From the NCBI RefSeq assembly GCF_006345805.1, contig NC_043009.1, forward strand, positions 59,210,001 to 59,274,000: 64,000 nt of DNA, given 5' to 3'. The notes under the pieces were generated by a model that saw nothing but the letters and a program-made list of their open reading frames with translations, was not told the origin of the DNA and ran no database searches. The position numbers were made by a program, and so were the translations under genes. Of this stretch, positions 37,747 to 50,479 are shown piece by piece; position 1 is the stretch's first letter, and every line of letters begins with the position of its first letter. The DNA is from Octopus sinensis (Eukaryota).

Positions 37747-39767
37747 GGTTTACCGTGATTCATTCGTTTTATTGGATTTGTTCGAGATACACGTGTTTTG
37801 TTTTGTTTTGTTTTGTTTTTTGCTGTGCGTCGTTTATCCTCTTGTATGATTAAGGTGCTTCGAGCGAGGATTGGCGAGGTTTTGTGTTGTTCTGCGTCAA
37901 AGCGTTGAAAGCTGCACTTCCTCGGACCGTCGTCTGAGGAGGGAAATGGTAGAGTGCCTCAAGAAAATATAAAAAGCTATGGAATATAGAAGTTATGCTG
38001 CAGCGACGGAGGAAAAGTGCGAAGACATAAGGTTGGAGGATGTAAGCAAGTATAAAGGAATGCTTGAAAGGGAGGGGAACGAAGTGAAGGGGTTCCCCCG
38101 CCAAAGAAGTTTTTAAGGAAATAACGGAAAGAAATTTATAGAACGTACTCAGTGACAGCCAGAAAAATTGAGAATATGTCGACTGTACAAATAGAAAAGG
38201 CGTTGAGACCAGTCTGGAAAGGGGTTTCGTACCTTGCCAGAAGAAAGAAATTTGGAACGGTAGAGGTGCGGTTTGGAAAGGTTGCTACCGCCAGGCTGCA
38301 ATGAGCAATACCGCTGAAAACGAATGAGGTTGTTCTTCTACCCTTATACCTTGGGAGACGTGCTTCCAGGGTTAAGGTGGAGGAAATACTCCCGGAGGTG
38401 TATGTAGCCTGGTTGGTGGCTGCTATACTGCTAGGAATGGAGAAGGTGGTGGTCCTACCAGAACACCTCATAGGAACTTGCAGGGACAAATCCTTGATAT
38501 GCTGGTGCAAATCGCAGAGAAGGATATCGAAAATATGGTCGATAATATCACAGCGGGAGAGACGATATAAATGGTCAGAGTAGAATGGAGGATTCCGCGA
38601 TGCTATAAATGTGGCCTGAAAGGCCACATTAGAGCGGAGTACCATCCACTGTAAGACAAGGATAAGGAGAGACAGAATGAAAGAGTGGTTGATGCTCCAC
38701 TGACCGTGGAGGAAGAAGAAAGAGATGTGGTACCACAAAGGAAAACAGGTACCAGCGAGGAGGAGGAGGAATCAAATACCAGCTGGGAAATGGTGAAGAA
38801 GAGTAAGAAGAGGAGGAAGACAACACACGTGGTGAAGGATGACCCCAAACCCCAAACCCACCAGGTCCCCAACCACACCCACTCGTTCCCATCCGCTCTC
38901 TACAGACACCAGCCCTCTCCACGCCCCGCCTGACACGAAGACATGTATAAACATGCAGAAGCCCCAGTCCTCGCCCTGCGAAAGAAAATACGTTGTATTA
39001 TACAACGGACATAAATGTAGAACTATATAAAGAAATAGAAACATGGGATACTGCAATTAAAGTGGACACAAAAGGAGTAAGGGAGATGTCTGAGCACGAT
39101 GTGCGGTGGTGGACCCGGAGTACTTGGCAAGATTTTAAAAGTATGAGGAAGACTTTAAGGGGTGGGGAAAGAGTATAAACACAAGTACTATGCCAGAGCA
39201 GGTGAGTTATTTTGATATTCTTAAAAAAAAATTGAGTAAAAAAGATAATTAGATGTTACAAATGGTATTGAAAAAGGTGTTATAAATTGTTTTAAATCTG
39301 TTGTTGCAAATGGCAATATAAATAAAGGCGGCGAGCTGGCAGAACCGTTATCATGAAGGCGGCGAGCTGGCAGAACCGTTATCACACGGGTCGAAATGCT
39401 TAGTGGTATTTCGTCTGCCGTTACGTTGTGAGTTCAAATTCCGCCGAGGTCGACTTTGCCTTTCATCCTTTCGGGGTCGATAAATTAAGTACCAGTTACG
39501 CACTGGGGTCGATGTAATCGACTTAATACCTATGTCGGTCCTTGTTTGTCCTCTCTGTGTTTAGCCCCTTGTGGGTAGTAAAGAAATAGGTGTTGTATCA
39601 GGTTCGATGAAATCGTTCGGGGGTGGGGCCGAGCAACTTCATTTCATCTTTCATTATATACTTTTAATTCACTCCATTCGTTTTGATTTTTTTTGTTTGT
39701 TTTGTCCCCACCTTGTGCTGTGTAAGGCCTTTATGGCCAATTTAATAAAATAAAGAAGGTTGCTTCC
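37747..39767 (+). mobile_element. ORF1-only (gag-like, CCHC) non-LTR retroelement, decayed
   Basis: Frameshifted ORF from ATG 37979 (MEYRSYAAAT) through an RRM-like segment, the knuckle CYKCGLKGHIRAE(Y) at 38601-38642, an acidic tract and WEMVKKSKKRRK, to about 39250. Then a T-rich 3'UTR and AATAAA. No endonuclease or RT sequence is present. Confidence 0.8.
39326..39592 (+). mobile_element. SINE family A inserted in the ORF1-element 3'UTR; head duplicated
   Basis: aaggcggcgagctggcagaaccgttatca occurs twice. The insertion is absent from the upstream sister copy. Confidence 0.9.
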
Positions 39768-40190
39768 CAGCACCTGGTTCCTAGTTCAGTCCTACTGTGT
39801 GGAAATTTGGGCACGTGTTTTCTACTATAATTTCAGATCAATCAACGCCTTGTGAATGGATTTGATAGAAAGAAACTGAAAGAAGCCCGTCGTATGGGAG
39901 TATGTGTGTGTGTGTGTGTGTGTTGTGTGTGTGTGTGTGTGTGTGTGTGACTTTGTGTCTGTATTTGCCCACCACAACAGCATGACAACTGGTGTTCGTT
40001 TGTTTACATCCCTGTAACCTAATTGTTTGGTTAAAGAGACCGATTAAAATAAGTACCAGTCTTTAAAGATAGATAAAAATTAAAAAATAAATTAGTATTA
40101 AGACCGATTTATTCGACTAAAAATATTTAAGACGGTACCACATCATGGCCGCAGTCTAATGCCTGAAAGAAGTAAAAACTAAAAATAAAA
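39753..40190 (+). mobile_element. SINE family C starting within its tRNA head (apparent insertion target)
   Basis: aagaaggttgcttcccagcacctggttcctagttcagtcc matches the family-C head. The body continues to the ...gtaaaa tail. Confidence 0.75.
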
Positions 40191-41029
40191 GGCATACATA
40201 TGTTTGTGTGTGTGCCTGTGTGTGAGAGTGTATGTGTGTATTTAAACATGTTACTATATGTGTTTGCTCGTACTTATATATGAATAAATGTAAGCTGGTA
40301 TCTATGCGCCTATCTTTTCATATATGGATGTACAAAATATTCGTTTGTAAGCGCGATGGTTTGTGGCGCCAAGTCTTATAGGTCAAATTTCTTGTAGCTA
40401 ATCTTTCTAATGGAAAAACTATAGCATGTCCCTCTTAATAGATTAGGTAAGAAGACAGTTGCTATGGTTACTAATCTAGCAACCTATGTAGGCTATGAGA
40501 TTAATTGATTGTAGAGTCAGTTAAAATTTTGTATATTAATTATAAATGAGAAATTGAAGACAAATTGACTAATCTAATCAAATTTTCGTTCACTGATTTA
40601 TTTGACTGTTAGAAAGACAAACGTATATATCATTAACGCTGACGTCGTTGCTGCTGCTGCTACTACTACTGCTGCCGGTGTTCTTGCTATTGTTGTTGTT
40701 GCTGTTGCTACTGTTATTGTTGTTGTTACTATTGATGTTGTTGTTGTTGTTGCCGCTGCTGCTGCTGCCGTGTATATCTAGGTCACCACTGACTCAGCAG
40801 ATTCTTTACGAAGTCGTATCGTAATACGTTTGAACCTGGTTGTTATTTCTAGCTTGTCGAACGGCCATTTATACGCAGGGTTGTCTTGCAAGCATCTAGT
40901 CTAGCGCTCTGCTTTTTGTGTCGTCTGCTGTCTTATATTCTATAATGCAAATAATCCTTTCTAATTTCAAAAGAAGACCAGTAATTCTAAGGTGAGGACC
41001 TAAGTTTAATTCTTCTTCTTTCACCCTTT

Positions 41030-41266
41030 TAAAGCCTAGCCTGGCTCATGGGCCCGGTTTCCCTGTTTCTATGGCGCATGTGTTACCCAGCTGAATGCGA
41101 TGCCAGTCCGTCGCAGCGTTACTTATTTCTACCAGCTGAGTGGACTGGAGCAACGTGAAATGAAGTGTTTTGCTCAAGAACACAATGCTTCGCCCTGTCC
41201 AGGAATCGAAACCACAAACTTTCATTCATGGTGCTGACACCCTAACCACTAAGCCACGCGCCTCCA
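41030..41266 (-). mobile_element. tRNA-derived SINE (same type as 33222)
   Basis: gtggaggcgcgtggcttagtgg, ttcttgagcaaaacacttc, gaaaccgggccc tail. Confidence 0.8.
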
Positions 41267-41825
41267 CAAGTTGAATTACATGGACTTTAATTCTCAAAAT
41301 ATTTATCGACGCTAGATGATGAAAGACAAAGACGACCTAAGCGAAACTTGAACTCAGAACGTAAAGAGCACGTAAAGAATTGTCATTGAGCACTTTGTTT
41401 GACACTCTTACGATTATGCCAGGCTGATGCGTTTCAAATTTGGGAACAGGGTCAGTATCGTGATCAGGAGAGCACCAATCAATAGCTTAACCATAGTACT
41501 TAACCGGTACTTTATTATATCGACCTTGAAAAGATGAAAGACAAAGTCCACCTGGGCGTGATTTGAACTGAGAACGTAAAGAGCCACCTCTTGGCACTAT
41601 CAGCAGACGATTAACCTTGGACTTGATATTGGTATGCAGGAGAAATAACAGTTTCTGGGTCCTACAGTTGTTGCTATCCCTTCTGCAGTCCACCGTATTC
41701 TTTCGGACTTTCTATTCTCTCTCGGTAAAAAGCTCTCAAGTGACTGTTATTATCTCACATATAGCAACTAGGTTTCCTCTCTTGCTCTACCTGTCATAAT
41801 GATTTTTTACTCCCAAAACGAGTTA

Positions 41826-41869
41826 CAACTCAGCTCAAAACAATATTCCTATTGTTTTGAGCTGAGTTG
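41826..41869. repeat. Perfect 20-bp inverted repeat with a 4-nt loop
   Basis: caactcagctcaaaacaata-ttcc-tattgttttgagctgagttg. Confidence 0.95.
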
Positions 41870-42602
41870 GGGTGCTAGATTTCCTTGTTCGAAAATATAA
41901 GAACACAGATTGTGTCGTATAGCTAGCTGGAGACGATGTCTCCTAGGGCTAAATTACAGCAACATTAGTCCTAAACTAGGACTGCCGTGCTATGTTGACA
42001 AACAATCTTTGCTACAAAGTACTGTTGCTGAATATCTCATGTTGTGAGATTTTAAAATAGCAATTTTATAACTCCGGAATAGTTTGACCATCATCGAGGG
42101 TCATTACCACTTCATCAGACACCATGTTGGCATATGACACTTCTGCGCCTGCCACCTCTTTGTACTGAACCGCCATTGTAAAGAGTAGTCAATAATCAAC
42201 GTAAGCCTATGTATCTGGCCGTGAACGCTGTATTTAGTCTTCACGAATATTAAGACTCCTGCCTATGACCAGATCTGTGGATTACCAGTTCCATTTCTCT
42301 AATCATATCGTCCTCCATTTCTGCTCTTCCATACACCGTACCCCAGTCGAAATTGCATACATCATTACACACATCAGCCAGGGTTTCCTCCGGCTGGATG
42401 TTTCAGAATGGTGTTGTTGCCTACGTGCTCATTGGGTCTTGTATCTCCTTTGTTTTCCAACCCAACCACTCATATGTCATTCTTCTTGACCTCAATTCCC
42501 ATTACCTACCTATAGGTACCCCTAAATTGACGACAATTCAAGAATCAGCACCCCTTGCCAAAAATCACTGATCCTGGCTCTCGTGTTTCATCAACCCAAT
42601 TA

Positions 42603-42830
42603 CGTATTTCTTTACTACCCACAAGGGGCTAAACACAGAGGGAACAAACAAGGACAGACAAACCGATTAAGTCGATTATATCGACCCCTGTGCGTAACTG
42701 GTACTTATTTAATCGACCCCGAAAGGATGAAAGGCAAAGTCGACCTCGACGGAATTTGAACTCAGAACGTAGCGGCAGATGAAATACGGCTACGCATTTC
42801 ACCGGGCGTGCTAACGTTTCTGCCAGCTCA
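42603..42830 (-). mobile_element. SINE family A monomer ending in the linker
   Basis: Head + body + linker. Confidence 0.9.
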
Positions 42831-43551
42831 ACCTAATTACTGTAAATCAAATGTATAAGAAACTGTGTTTCGAACCAGCTCCGCCGTTTTCTTTATTTTT
42901 TTTTCCTTCATTCCTAATGACTATGCGTTTAGATTTGTGTACGTTGCCACGACCGCCAACCGATGTTGTCTCCCTCATTAGTCATAGCCAGCACGAGTTA
43001 TTGTTTTGTAAGTACAAGAAAAACGCTCATAATTTTAGCCAGGCAGGCATTCATGATTTATATTTCGTCACTCTTCGACAACACGATCAGGCAAAACCAT
43101 GATTCGTCACACAACTTCGCCACACTGACTTCTCCTATAGTTTTACACGTATTTCGTTTCTGTGTGTAACTTTTAACGCTAGAGAAAGAAGAGACGTAAT
43201 TACTCCAATCCGAAATATAACAGCTTCGTCATTCGTCAGAGTATCTGCTCCTGTTAGAGTGTTTCTTTATGTGTGTAGGATTGTGAATATGCGTATATGC
43301 GTGTATGTGTGTGTGTATGCGCGTGCTCTGTTTTTACTGGCGTTAATAACTCTTCTTATTCTTTCATTATGTAAATATTTTCATGCGGGGGTTTTCAGTG
43401 ACAACAAAATAATTTCTTTATCTATTTTGTCACAAACGTTGTCGTTTGTTTTAAGTTATCGTTTGTCTTTGCTCTGTTAGAGGCGTTCCCATTTATTCTT
43501 GTTGTTGTTGTACTTTATTGTTGACGCAGTTGTTTAAAATTCTCCAAAGAC

Positions 43552-44186
43552 AAAACACAAAATGTTAACAAATGAAAAATTCCAAACCTTTCTCATTTAT
43601 TTTCATACAAAATAAACTGCACTTGTAAGAACGATCCGTTGTAATAATCCGATGAAGTGGGAAAACGGGAAGAAAGATTTACCAGCTAAAAATCGGCGCA
43701 CGAAAAACATGTCCACTCAAACACAACAGTCAGTAATACAGGATTCTGGTTCAAGTATCTGAGACCCCCTTTGGTCACGACACAGACCATGGGATTACAG
43801 GAAGAAAGTTTCCCTCCCAGGTACAAGTTCGGGCTAGGTTGTTTATGAAAGACCAGCAGTCGCCCATGTAAAACACAAAATGTAAACAAATGAAAAATTC
43901 CAAACCTTTCTCATTTATTTTCATACAAAATAAACTGCACTTGTAAGAACGATCCGTTGTAATAACCCAATGAAGTGGGAAAACGGGAAGAAAGATTTAC
44001 CAGCTAAAAATCGGCGCACGAAAAACATGTCCACTCAAACGCAACAATCAGTAATACAGGGTTCTCGTTCAAGTATTTGAGACCCCCTTTGGTCACGACA
44101 CAGACCATGGGATTGCAGGAAGAAAGTTACCCTCCCAGGTACAAGTCCGGGCTAGGTTGTTTATGAAAGACCAGCAGTCGCCCATG
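43552..44186. repeat. 318-bp tandem duplication including a SINE-B 3' end
   Basis: aatgaaaaat at 43571 and 43889. The copies differ by scattered substitutions. Confidence 0.9.
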
Positions 44187-44416
44187 CATACCGGCCTCCC
44201 CTTTCCACGCCACCAGTGTTATCCAAGGGTAAGGTAACGGCCGATACAGCTTGACACCAGTGACGAAGCAAATCATTTCTACAGCTAAGTGAACTGGAGC
44301 AACGTGAAATAAAGTGTCTTGCTTAAGAACACAACACGCAGCCCGGTCCGGGATTCGAGCTCACAACCTTAGGATCGTAAGCTCGACGCTCTAACCACTG
44401 AGCCATGCGCCATCAC
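44085..44416 (-). mobile_element. Full-length SINE family B
   Basis: gtgatggcgcatggctcagtggttagagcg, ctcgaatcccggaccggg, core and tail. Confidence 0.9.
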
Positions 44417-44901
44417 AGTATGATGGCAGAAATTTCAGAGCAAGTGGTAAGTCAATGACTCTGATGCTAGTAATTAACTACTACTTCATTTTATCGACGT
44501 AAAGTTTAGATTTTTTTCCTTTTTTCTTTTTTCGTGTATACACTAAAAGAAAAATTACTCAGCTAGAAATCTAAGCTAGGTTACTAAGGTTACTAAGCTA
44601 GATTACTAAGCTAGAAAGGTAGCGAGCCGGCAGAGTCGTTAGAAGGCAAGGGCGGAAGACAAAGCCGATGTCGATAGGATTCGAACACAGAACTTAAAGC
44701 CAGAAGAATTGCCGTGAAGCATTTCGTCCGGCGTACTAAAGATTCTGCCAGCTCGCCGCCTAAAATTGCTAGCCTTGTGCTAAAATTTGAAACCTTTATC
44801 GGTTGTAAATTTAGCGCAACGTCCACAGCCGGTACTCCGTCGGTTACGATGACGAGTATTCCAGTTGATTTGATCAACGGATAAGCCTGCACCTGAATTC
44901 T

Positions 44902-44982
<81 letters not shown>

Positions 44983-45111
44983 TATATATATAATATATAT
45001 ATATATATTAGAAGAAATGAGGTAATCAGAAGATCGATGGTTTATATTTACAGATATTTATTTATATATTACATTTTTTACATATATATCATATCATTTA
45101 GATCATATATA

Positions 45112-45323
45112 TTCTTTTACTTGTTTCAGTCATTTGATTGCGGCCATGCTGGAGCACCGCCTTTTTGCCGGGGAAATCTACCGCAGGACTTATTCTTTGG
45201 AAGCCGAGTACTTATTCTATCGGTGTCTTTTGCCGATCCGCTAAGTTACGGGGACGTAAACATAAAAACATCGGTTGTCAAGCGATGGGGGTAGGGCAAA
45301 CACAGATATACAAGCATATACGC

Positions 45324-45360
<37 letters not shown>

Positions 45361-45500
45361 TATATACGACGGGCTTCTTTCAGTTTCCGTATACCCGAGG
45401 CTATAGTAGAAGACACTTGCCCAAGGTGCCATGGAGTGGGAATGAACCCGGAATCATGTGGTTTGTAAGCAAGCTACTTACAACACAGCCACTCCTGCGC
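45112..45500 (-). mobile_element. SINE family C
   Basis: Head ggcgcaggagtggctgtg; internal TA; tail. Confidence 0.88.
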
Positions 45501-45501
45501 C

Positions 45502-45542
<41 letters not shown>

Positions 45543-46089
45543 AAATACATATATATATACACATATGTGTGTGTGTGTGTGTCTGCGTGTGTAATTATAT
45601 ATATATATATATGTGTGTGTGTCTGTGTGTGATGTGCTGTACAGTATATATGCGTATATTTATGCGTGCGACAATACAGTTATGTAACTACAATCACAGG
45701 CGCGCGCGCAGACATTAGAGACGTCGCTGAGAGCAGATAAACAACCATCACACACACACATACACTTACACATACACAAACGTACACACAAGGATAAACG
45801 CACACACACACATACACACACATACTCACGCATGCGCGCTAAATGACACATATGATCTGGTAGCATCTATGTTTGAAGTTAAAGCAACAAGGACCGAAAG
45901 ACAAAAGAGATTTACATCTAACCTGTATTGGTCGGTAATTTGTCGGTTCATTGAATCTCATCAAGGGAGTGCGATAGACATCATAAGGATCGCGATCGAC
46001 GGATAAAGTTAAATAGAACAAGCTCTGTGCAAGATAATGGCGGTCTGGGAGAAGTGACGGTGGCGTCGGGGGGTGGGGTGATGCTGGTG

Positions 46090-47410
46090 ACCGCAATGGT
46101 GATGGTGGTGGCGGTGGTGGTGGTGGTGGAATAAAAGTTCTCTAACTTCTATCTTACTATCTTTCTCTCTCTCTGTATCTCTCTCTCTCTCCATCCCTCT
46201 TTCTCTCTCCATCTCTCTTACTCTCTCGTTGTTTCTGCACCTTTGTTTCCTTCTCTCTCTCTCGTTCCCTCTTTCTTACCCTCTCTCTCCCTCTCTTTTT
46301 CTCCCCTCCTCTTTTTCTCCCCTCCTCCTTTTCTCCCCTCTCTCTTTCCTTCTCTCTCTCCCTCTCTCTATCACAATCCCTCGTTTCTGCATTTTTGTTT
46401 CCTTCTCTCTCCCTCGTTCCCTCTCTCTCACCCCCTCTCTCTCTCTCTCTTTCCCCCCTCTCTTTCTCCCCTCTTCTTGTTCTCCCCTCTCCTTCTCTCT
46501 CTCTCTCTTTCTCTCTCTCTCTCCCTCTTTTCTCTCTCTCTCTCTCTCTCGCTCCCTCGTTTAAGTTGCCTTGTTTAGACAATTTTAATGTTTATCGAAG
46601 ATTAACGATAACTACTTTAGCTGAAACACTTGGTCCATTGGCAATACTGATGATGATGGTGATGATGATGATGATGATCAACATCATCATCATCATCATC
46701 ATCATCATCACCATCATCATCACCACTGCTATCATTATCCTCATCATCGTGGTCGTTATGATCCTTAACATTGACATTATCCTCAATATCATCATCGTCA
46801 TCGTCTTCATCATCGTAATCATCATCGTCATCATCATCAATATCCTTACTATCATCAGCATCCTTGTCATCATCATCATCAGCATCATCATCAGCAGCAG
46901 CAGCGGTGGCGGAGGCAAGAAGTTGATATCGATTGCTTTGTTAAGGGTAGAAACAATGATAATGTTAATTGGTTTTTATAAATGTGGGCGGATGGACAGG
47001 GATTAGAGGAAAACAAGGAAGAGGAGGGAGGGGAGCTGGAAGGAGAGCATGAAGGTGTTAGCAGGAGGGGTTTAGCAGGAGGAGTTTCAGGAGGGAGAGC
47101 AAGAGAGGGAGCAGGAGAGATAGAGAGCAGGAGAGATAGAGAGCAGGAGAGAGAGAGAGCAGGAGGGGGAGCAGGAGTGAGAGCCTGAGGGAGTTAGCAA
47201 GTGGGGGAGCAGGAGGGGGAGTGGAAGGGAGAGCAGGAAGGTGAGCAGGAGTGAGAGCATGAGGGCATTAGCAAGAGGGGGACAGGAAGGGAGGGCAGGA
47301 GGGGGATAAGGAGAGAGGGAAGGAGGGGGAGCAGGAAGGGGAGCAAGACGGGGAGCAAGAAGGGCTTCAGGAGGAGCAGGAGGGAGAGCAGGAAGGGGAG
47401 CATGACGGGG
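46090..47410. repeat. Low-complexity block: (CT)-rich, (CAT)n, then a purine-rich agcaggaggg-type repeat
   Basis: Directly visible. Confidence 0.85.
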
Positions 47411-47649
47411 AGCAAGATTTCTTTTTTGCCTTATATTGACGGGGTACGGTTAATCTTAACAGAATCTGTTTCTGTCCACCTTACGAATCATCTGGTGGAG
47501 GGCGGTGGTGAAGAAACATTGGTTATTCGTCTTAAATTCTTTGTGTGGGTTTTAGATAATCCCTTCTATGGCTTGAGTTCCAAATTTCTCCCAGGTGGTT
47601 TTGACCTTGTTATGCCTCTGAGGCCGATAAAATAAATACCAAGAAAGTA

Positions 47650-48175
47650 CTTGGAGAACCATACAATAGCATGTGTTCTATAAAGAATTAATGGTTGGAA
47701 GCACCAACGATGTCGTCGGGAAATCTCTGAGCAACAGGAGTGATCGGCTACAGGAACATTCTCCAGAGAACTTTGGGACCAACGTTTGTAGATATTTTCC
47801 AAATTCTTTGATTTGCCAGTGTCACGGGGTGAGAGTGATCCATTACTGGTTCGGGATAAACTCTACAGGTACGGTTGTGCCGTCAACCACGCCGGTCAGA
47901 ATTGAGCATAGAGAGACGACAGCGTACGGCATACGTTTGCGCAGTGCCCGAGTATTGCTGATTTACGGAGTGTTGGACAAATCTGGCTATCAACTGATGA
48001 CATCGTGAAGATAATTCTGTTAGGAAGGGTAGGCAGTGTTCCCCTGCTTGGTGGAAAGTGTGAAAGAGGTTTTGTGGTGGACGTGACGGAAAGGACGGAA
48101 GGTGGACGCTTTCCTCCTCCACCATGCCTTCAACAGACTATCATTGATGAAAAAAGATGTTTGGATGTGTTGAGG
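47650..48175 (+). mobile_element. Second decayed Tx1/L1-clade ORF2 3' fragment
   Basis: Frameshifted RTLGP, NSLICQCHG, VRDKLYRYG, RHTFAQCPSIADL, paralleling 13930-14200 on the minus strand. Confidence 0.75.
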
Positions 48176-48185
48176 ATGGCTCCAT

Positions 48186-48318
48186 TTACAAAGGTTTGGT
48201 CAACTCGAGGCTATAGTAGAAGGCACTTGCCCAAGGTGCCACGCAGTGAGACTGAACCTGCATCCATGTGGTCGGTAAGCAAGTTACTTGCCACACAGCC
48301 ACTCCTGCACCTATATAT

Positions 48319-48384
<66 letters not shown>

Positions 48385-48539
48385 CGGGCTTCTTTCAGTT
48401 TCCGTCTATCAAATTCACTTACAAGGCTATGGTCTGCCCGAGGTACAAGATACTTGCCCAATGTGCCACGCAGTGAGACTGAACCCGGATCCACGTGGAT
48501 GGTAAGCAAGCTACTTACCACACAGCCACTTCTGCGCCT
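48186..48539 (-). mobile_element. Two tandem SINE family C 5' halves
   Basis: Two heads (cacagccact..gcac/gcgcc on the + strand) separated by TA. Confidence 0.85.
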
Positions 48540-48679
48540 ATATATATATATTTGTAAATCCCCAGTATCTTTTCTTTTTGTATTGCCCTAAATATATTTT
48601 CTGATCCTTGTGGCTAATAAAGAAGCGTTATTATTATTATTGTTGAAGATTCTAACTGGCTACTCGAACTCGCAATCAC

Positions 48680-48751
48680 ATCGGTGAAATCTCCATGGAG
48701 ACACTAATTTCTTGAATCGGTGAAATCTCCATGGAGACACTAATTTCTTGA
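48680..48751. repeat. Perfect 36-bp tandem duplication
   Basis: atcggtgaaatctccatggagacactaatttcttga x2, containing the palindrome tctccatggaga. Confidence 0.95.
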
Positions 48752-49090
48752 TGAAAATGAAGGACTAATTGGGTTAAATAGTCTTAAATACATCTTTGTC
48801 AGAAATAGAGAAGCGATGATCACGGCTGGAAAGGAGGTTGACATTGGGAATAACTTGGAGTATGAGTAAAGAACGACATTTACCACAACACTGAAAATTA
48901 ACAACAATGGTTTCGAATGTTGGCACGGGACCAGCAGAGATTGAAGGAAACGTTTAACTGATTACAACGAACCCTGTGCTTAACTGGTCCCTAATTTATC
49001 GATCCCGAAGGGATGAAAGGCAGAATCGACTTCAATGGAATATAAGCTCGGAAAGTAAAGACGGACGAAATGTTCCTAAGCATTTTGTCT

Positions 49091-49530
49091 GGCGCAGGAG
49101 TGGCTGTGTGGTAAGTAGCCTGTTTACCAACCACATGGTTCTAGGTTCAGTCCCACTGCGTGGCACCGTGGGCAAATGCCTTCTACTATAGCCTCGAGCC
49201 GTCCAAAGCCTTGTGAGTGGATTTGGTAGACAGAAACTGAAAGAAGCCCGTCGTATATATGTATATGTATTTATATATATGTGTGTGTATGTGTCTGTCT
49301 TTGTGTGTGTGTGTGTGTTTATGTGTCTTTGTTTATCCCCCAAATCGCTTGACAACCGATGCTGGTCAGTTTACGTACCCGTCACAATCGGCAAAAAAGA
49401 GACCGATTGAATAAGTACTAGGCTTACAAAAAATAAGTCCTGGGGTCGATTTGCTCGACTAAAGGCGGTGCTCCAGCATGGTCGCAGACAAATGACTGAA
49501 ACAAGTAAAAGAGTAAAAGAGTAAAAGAGA
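49091..49530 (+). mobile_element. Full-length SINE family C, adjacent to a degenerate family-A copy
   Basis: Head, internal TA/TG, (taaaagag)n tail. Confidence 0.92.
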
Positions 49531-49987
49531 ATGCTAAGAATTCTGCACTTTCACTGCCCTCAAGGAAATTATAATAAATTATAATAAATAATACAACCGC
49601 AACGATAAACACTCCGGCAATAAGCCGCCTCCGTCTCTTCACGTGAGAACCTCATGACCACACGCATACTCAGACGCATACACATTCACTTATACATACC
49701 GCATACACATGCACACGTACACACATACACACATAGAAACATAATGCATACATAGCCAATGTATTGACGTTATCTCTGAACTGGTTTAATGATAAAATGA
49801 GATAACGTGTGTGCTATCTCAGACATCACCATCTGTTTTGACTGATGGATTCACCCACATCTCGTACTACAAACACTGTGTTACTGAAAACACCGACAAC
49901 TCATATTTTGGAACGTTAGCTGGTGTTTAGCTACAGACTAGACGTACGGCCCATGATGGAGCATTGCAGCCAACATATATTTGAAGC

Positions 49988-50405
49988 TTAAGACGGCGAA
50001 CTGGCAAAAATGTTAGCACGCCGGGCGAAATGCGTAGCCGTATTTCGTCTGCCGTTACGTTCTGAGTTCAAATTCCGCCGATGTCGACTTTGCCTTTCTA
50101 CCTTTCGGGATCGATAAATTTAGTACCAGTTACGCACTGGGGTCGATGTAATCGACTTAATCTGTTTGTCTGTCCTTGTTTGTCGTCTCTGTGTTTAGCC
50201 CCTTGTGGGTAGTAAAGAAATAGGTATTTCGTCTGGCGTTACGTTCTGAGTTCAAATTCCGCCGAGGTCAACTTTGCCTTTCATCCTATCGGGGTCGATA
50301 AATTAAGTACCAGTTACGCACTGGGGTCGATGTAATCGACTTAATCCGTTTGTCTGTCCTTGTTTGTCCCCTCTGTGTTTAGCCCCTATTGGGTAGTAAA
50401 GAAAT
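49988..50405 (+). mobile_element. SINE family A dimer
   Basis: Head + 2 x (body+linker), ending at gtagtaaagaaata. Confidence 0.9.
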
Positions 50406-50479
50406 ACATGTTTGAAGCTTAAACAAAAAGGAAAGGGAAATTAAGATCTGTTGTGGTATTGCTGTTGTTGTCGCAATGA

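Noticed and set aside
38136-38738. 200-aa minus-strand ORF
   Set aside because: It is the antisense shadow of the decayed ORF1; the recognisable motifs are on the plus strand.
37286-39767. LTR retrotransposon interpretation of the flanking direct repeats
   Set aside because: There are no TG..CA ends, PBS or PPT. The downstream repeat is the continuation of the ORF plus 3'UTR, so tandem non-LTR copies fit better.
42000-42560. Protein-like short frames on the minus strand (e.g. QYKEVAGAEVSYANMVSDEVV)
   Set aside because: Too short and interrupted to assign; possibly a decayed TE.
48680-48751. 36-bp palindromic repeat resembling a CRISPR direct repeat
   Set aside because: Only two adjacent copies with no spacer, in a eukaryotic context.
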